Assembly (NCBI GenBank): GCA_964016885.1
Contig: OZ024763.1
Coordinates: 24,924,001 to 24,988,000, forward strand
DNA length: 64,000 nt
Reading direction: 5' to 3'
DNA from: Eledone cirrhosa
Taxonomy: Eukaryota
A program made the translations under genes and the position numbers. Shown one piece after another: positions 60,601-64,000 of the stretch (position 1 is its first letter; every line of letters starts with the position of its first letter). The notes beneath the pieces are model-generated. The model saw nothing but the letters and a program-made list of their open reading frames with translations. It was not told the DNA's origin and ran no database searches.

Positions 60601-63320
60601 AGACATTCTAACCACAAGCCCATAGTATCGGAGCTGTGATCTCTTAATTCAGAGAAGTAGCAGCTCCACCTGGAGTGACTCCAGCAATTCTTTCCTGAGA
60701 CATTCTAACCACAAGCCCATAGTCGCGGAGCTGTGATCTCTTAATTCAGAGAAGTAGCAGCTCCACCTGGAGTGACTCCAGCAATTCTTTCCTGAGACAT
60801 TCTAACCACAAGCCCATAGTATCGGAGCTGTGATCTCTTAATTCAGAGAAGTAGCAGCTCCACCTGGAGTGACTCCAGCAATTCTTTCCTGAGACATTCT
60901 AACCACATGCCCATAGTATAGGAGCAGCTGTGATCTCTTAATTCAGAGAAGTAGTAGCTCTACCTGGAGTGACTCCAGCAATTCTTTCCTGAGACATTCT
61001 AACCACATGCCCATAGTATAGGAGCAGCTGTGATCTCTTAATTCAGAGAAGTAGCAGCTCCACCTGGAGTGACTCCAGCAATTCTTTCCTGAGACATTCT
61101 AACCACATGCCCATAGTATAGGAGCAGCTGTGATCTCTTAATTCAGAGAAGTAGCAGCTCCACCTGGAGTGACTCCAGCAATTCTTTCCTGAGACATTCT
61201 AACCACAAGCCCATAGTATCGGAGCTGTGATCTCTTAATTCAGAGAAGTAGCAGCTCCACCTGGAGTGACTCCAGTGATTCTTTCCTGAGACATTCTAAC
61301 CACATGCCCATATTATCGGAGCTGTGATCTCTTAATTCAGAGAAGTAGCAGCTCCACCTGGAGTGACTCCAGTGATTCTTTCCTGAGACATTCTAACCAC
61401 ATGCCCATAGTATAGGAGCAGCTGTGATCTCTTAATTCAGAGAAGTAGCAGCTCCACCTGGAGTGACTCCAGCAATTCTTTCCTGGGACATTCTAACCAC
61501 ATGCCCATAGTATAGGAGCAGCTGTGATCTCTTAATTCAGAGAAGTAGCAGCTCCACCTGGAGTGACTCCAGCAATTCTTTCCTGAGACATTCTAACCAC
61601 GAGCCCATAGTATCGGAGCTGTGATCTCTTAATTCAGAGAAGTAGCAGCTCCACCTGGAGTGACTCCAGCAATTCTTTCCTGAGACATTCTAACCACAAG
61701 CCCATAGTCGCGGAGCTGTGATCTCTTAATTCAGAGAAGTAGCAGCTCCACCTGGAGTGACTCCAGCAATTCTTTCCTGAGACATTCTAACCACAAGCCC
61801 ATAGTATCGGAGCTGTGATCTCTTAATTCAGAGAAGTAGCAGCTCCACCTGGAGTGACTCCAGCAATTCTTTCCTGAGACATTCTAACCACATGCCCATA
61901 GTATAGGAGCAGCTGTGATCTCTTAATTCAGAGAAGTAGTAGCTCTACCTGGAGTGACTCCAGCAATTCTTTCCTGAGACATTCTAACCACATGCCCATA
62001 GTATAGGAGCAGCTGTGATCTCTTAATTCAGAGAAGTAGCAGCTCCACCTGGAGTGACTCCAGCAATTCTTTCCTGAGACATTCTAACCACATGCCCATA
62101 GTATAGGAGCAGCTGTGATCTCTTAATTCAGAGAAGTAGCAGCTCCACCTGGAGTGACTCCAGCAATTCTTTCCTGAGACATTCTAACCACAAGCCCATA
62201 GTATCGGAGCTGTGATCTCTTAATTCAGAGAAGTAGCAGCTCCACCTGGAGTGACTCCAGCAATTCTTTCCTGAGACATTCTAACCACAAGCCCATAGTA
62301 TCGGAGCTGTGATCTCTTAATTCAGAGAAGTAGCAGCTCCACCTGGAGTGACTCCAGTGATTCTTTCCTGAGACATTCTAACCACATGCCCATAGTATAG
62401 GAGCAGCTGTGATCTCTTAATTCAGATAAGTAGCAGCTCCACCTGGAGTGACTCCAGCAATTCTTTCCTGAGACATTCTAACCACATGACCATAGTATAG
62501 GAGCAGCTGTGATCTCTTAATTCAGAGAAGTAGCAGCTCCACCTGGAGTGACTCCAGTGATTCTTTCCTGAGACATTCTAACCACATGCCCATAGTATCG
62601 GAGCTGTGATCTCTTAATTCAGAGAAGTAGCAGCTCCACCTGGAGTGACTCCAGTGATTCTTTCCTGAGACATTCTAACCACATGCCCATAGTATAGGAG
62701 CAGCTGTGATCTCTTAATTCAGAGAAGTAGCAGCTCCACCTGGAGTGACTCCAGCAATTCTTTCCTGAGACATTCTAACCACATGCCCATAGTATAGGAG
62801 CAGCTGTGATCTCTTAATTCAGAGAAGTAGTAGCTCTACCTGGAGTGACTCCAGCAATTCTTTCCTGAGACATTCTAACCACATGCCCATAGTATAGGAG
62901 CTGTGATCTCTTAATTCAGAGAAGTAGCAGCTCCACCTGGAGTGACTCCAGCAATTCTTTCCTGAGACATTCTAACCACATGTCCATAGTATAGGAGCTG
63001 TGATATCTTAATTCAGAGAAGTAGCAGCTCCACCTGGAGTGACTCCAGCAATTCTTTCCTGAGACATTCTAACCACATGCCCATAGTATCGGAGCTGTGA
63101 TCTCTTAATTCAGAGAAGTAGCAGCTCCACCTGGAGTGACTCCAGCAATTCTTTCCTGAGACATTCTAACCACATGCCCATAGTATCGGAGCTGTGATCT
63201 CTCAATTGGGAGAAGTAGCAGCTCAACCAGGAGTGACTCTCTGATCTCCGAGTTACAAATCTGTCCAGTGATTCTTTCCTGAGACATTCTAACCACAAGC
63301 CCATAGTATCGGAGCAGTGA
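57676..63320. repeat. RTE-LINE-derived satellite: ~49 core units of 97/100 bp with ~125-bp units at the edges
   Basis: Unit agcaattctttcctgagacattctaaccacatgcccatagtataggagcagctgtgatctcttaattcagagaagtagcagctccacctggagtgactcc (100 bp) or a 97-bp variant. Matches 39420-39512. Confidence 0.97.
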
Positions 63321-63721
63321 TGTTAAAGTTAAAGAAGAAAGATGCTAACTCCATATTTAATCCCAATGCACGTTTCATTACTTGATGAGATCAATTCTTG
63401 CCGGGAACAAGATAACATCTCCTCTTCTATGGGTGGAGGAGGATGAGAAGAGATCAATAAAAAGTATACAAAGTCATGTATTGGGAAATCAGTTTAATCG
63501 ACTGTATACCCCCATCTCCTACCATCCCCCACACCAAATGCTTGTGTCCACGTGATATCTATGCAGAACATGTAATATATCTGATCCCAATATGTGTAAC
63601 CTTCATGTTCTGAGTTCAACTCCCCGCCGTCTTCCTATTTCAAATCATGCTTTAGAAGGTCGACCATGAAATAGAAAAAAAATCTCAATCACGCACGGAA
63701 GATCAATATAATCGAATATAA

Positions 63722-64000
63722 ACCCTCTTTATCTTTCCTCTCGTCCCTTTCTCTCTTTTTCTCTTCCTCCCTTCCTCTCTCTTCCTCCCTTCCTCTCTCT
63801 CTCTCTCTCTCTCTTCCTCCCGCTCTCTCTCTCTCTCTCTTCCTCCCTTCCTCTCTCTCTTCCTCTTTCTCTCTCTCTCTCTTCCTCCCTCCCTTCCTCT
63901 CTCACTCCCTTCCTCTCTTTCCCTCGTTCTCCCTTCCTCTCGTTCTTTCTTCCTCCATTCCTCTTTCCTTCCCTTCCCCTCTTCCACATTCCTCTCTCAC
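63722..64000. repeat. CT-rich polypyrimidine low-complexity tract
   Basis: Direct inspection. Confidence 0.9.

Noticed and set aside
57676-63320. CRISPR array or repetitive protein gene
   Set aside because: No unique spacers and no cas genes. Units of 97/100 bp break the reading frame and derive from a LINE.

Overview
This is AT-rich, microsatellite-saturated eukaryotic non-coding DNA. The SINE and LINE repertoire looks like an octopod cephalopod genome (inference, not verified). I cannot support any protein-coding gene: almost all listed ORFs are translations of (TA)n, (CA)n, (CAT)n or satellite repeats. The window holds a 60-bp satellite (~14.2-20.8 kb), a 97/100-bp satellite (~57.7-63.3 kb) derived from an RTE-clade LINE segment that also has a decayed copy at ~39.2-39.9 kb, two tRNA-derived SINE families, a Tx1/L1-like LINE 3' end embedded in (GATA)n, and a 200-N gap. 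The main signal is a set of short non-coding elements sitting inside (TA)n tracts. Many are long fold-back inverted repeats with a one-sided tail. At least a dozen carry minimal type-I hammerhead ribozyme motifs (stem I-CUGANGA-stem II-GAAA-near-palindromic loop-UA-stem I) with sequence-divergent but still paired stem II. They most resemble Penelope-like retroelement pseudo-LTR remnants or retrozyme-like non-autonomous elements.
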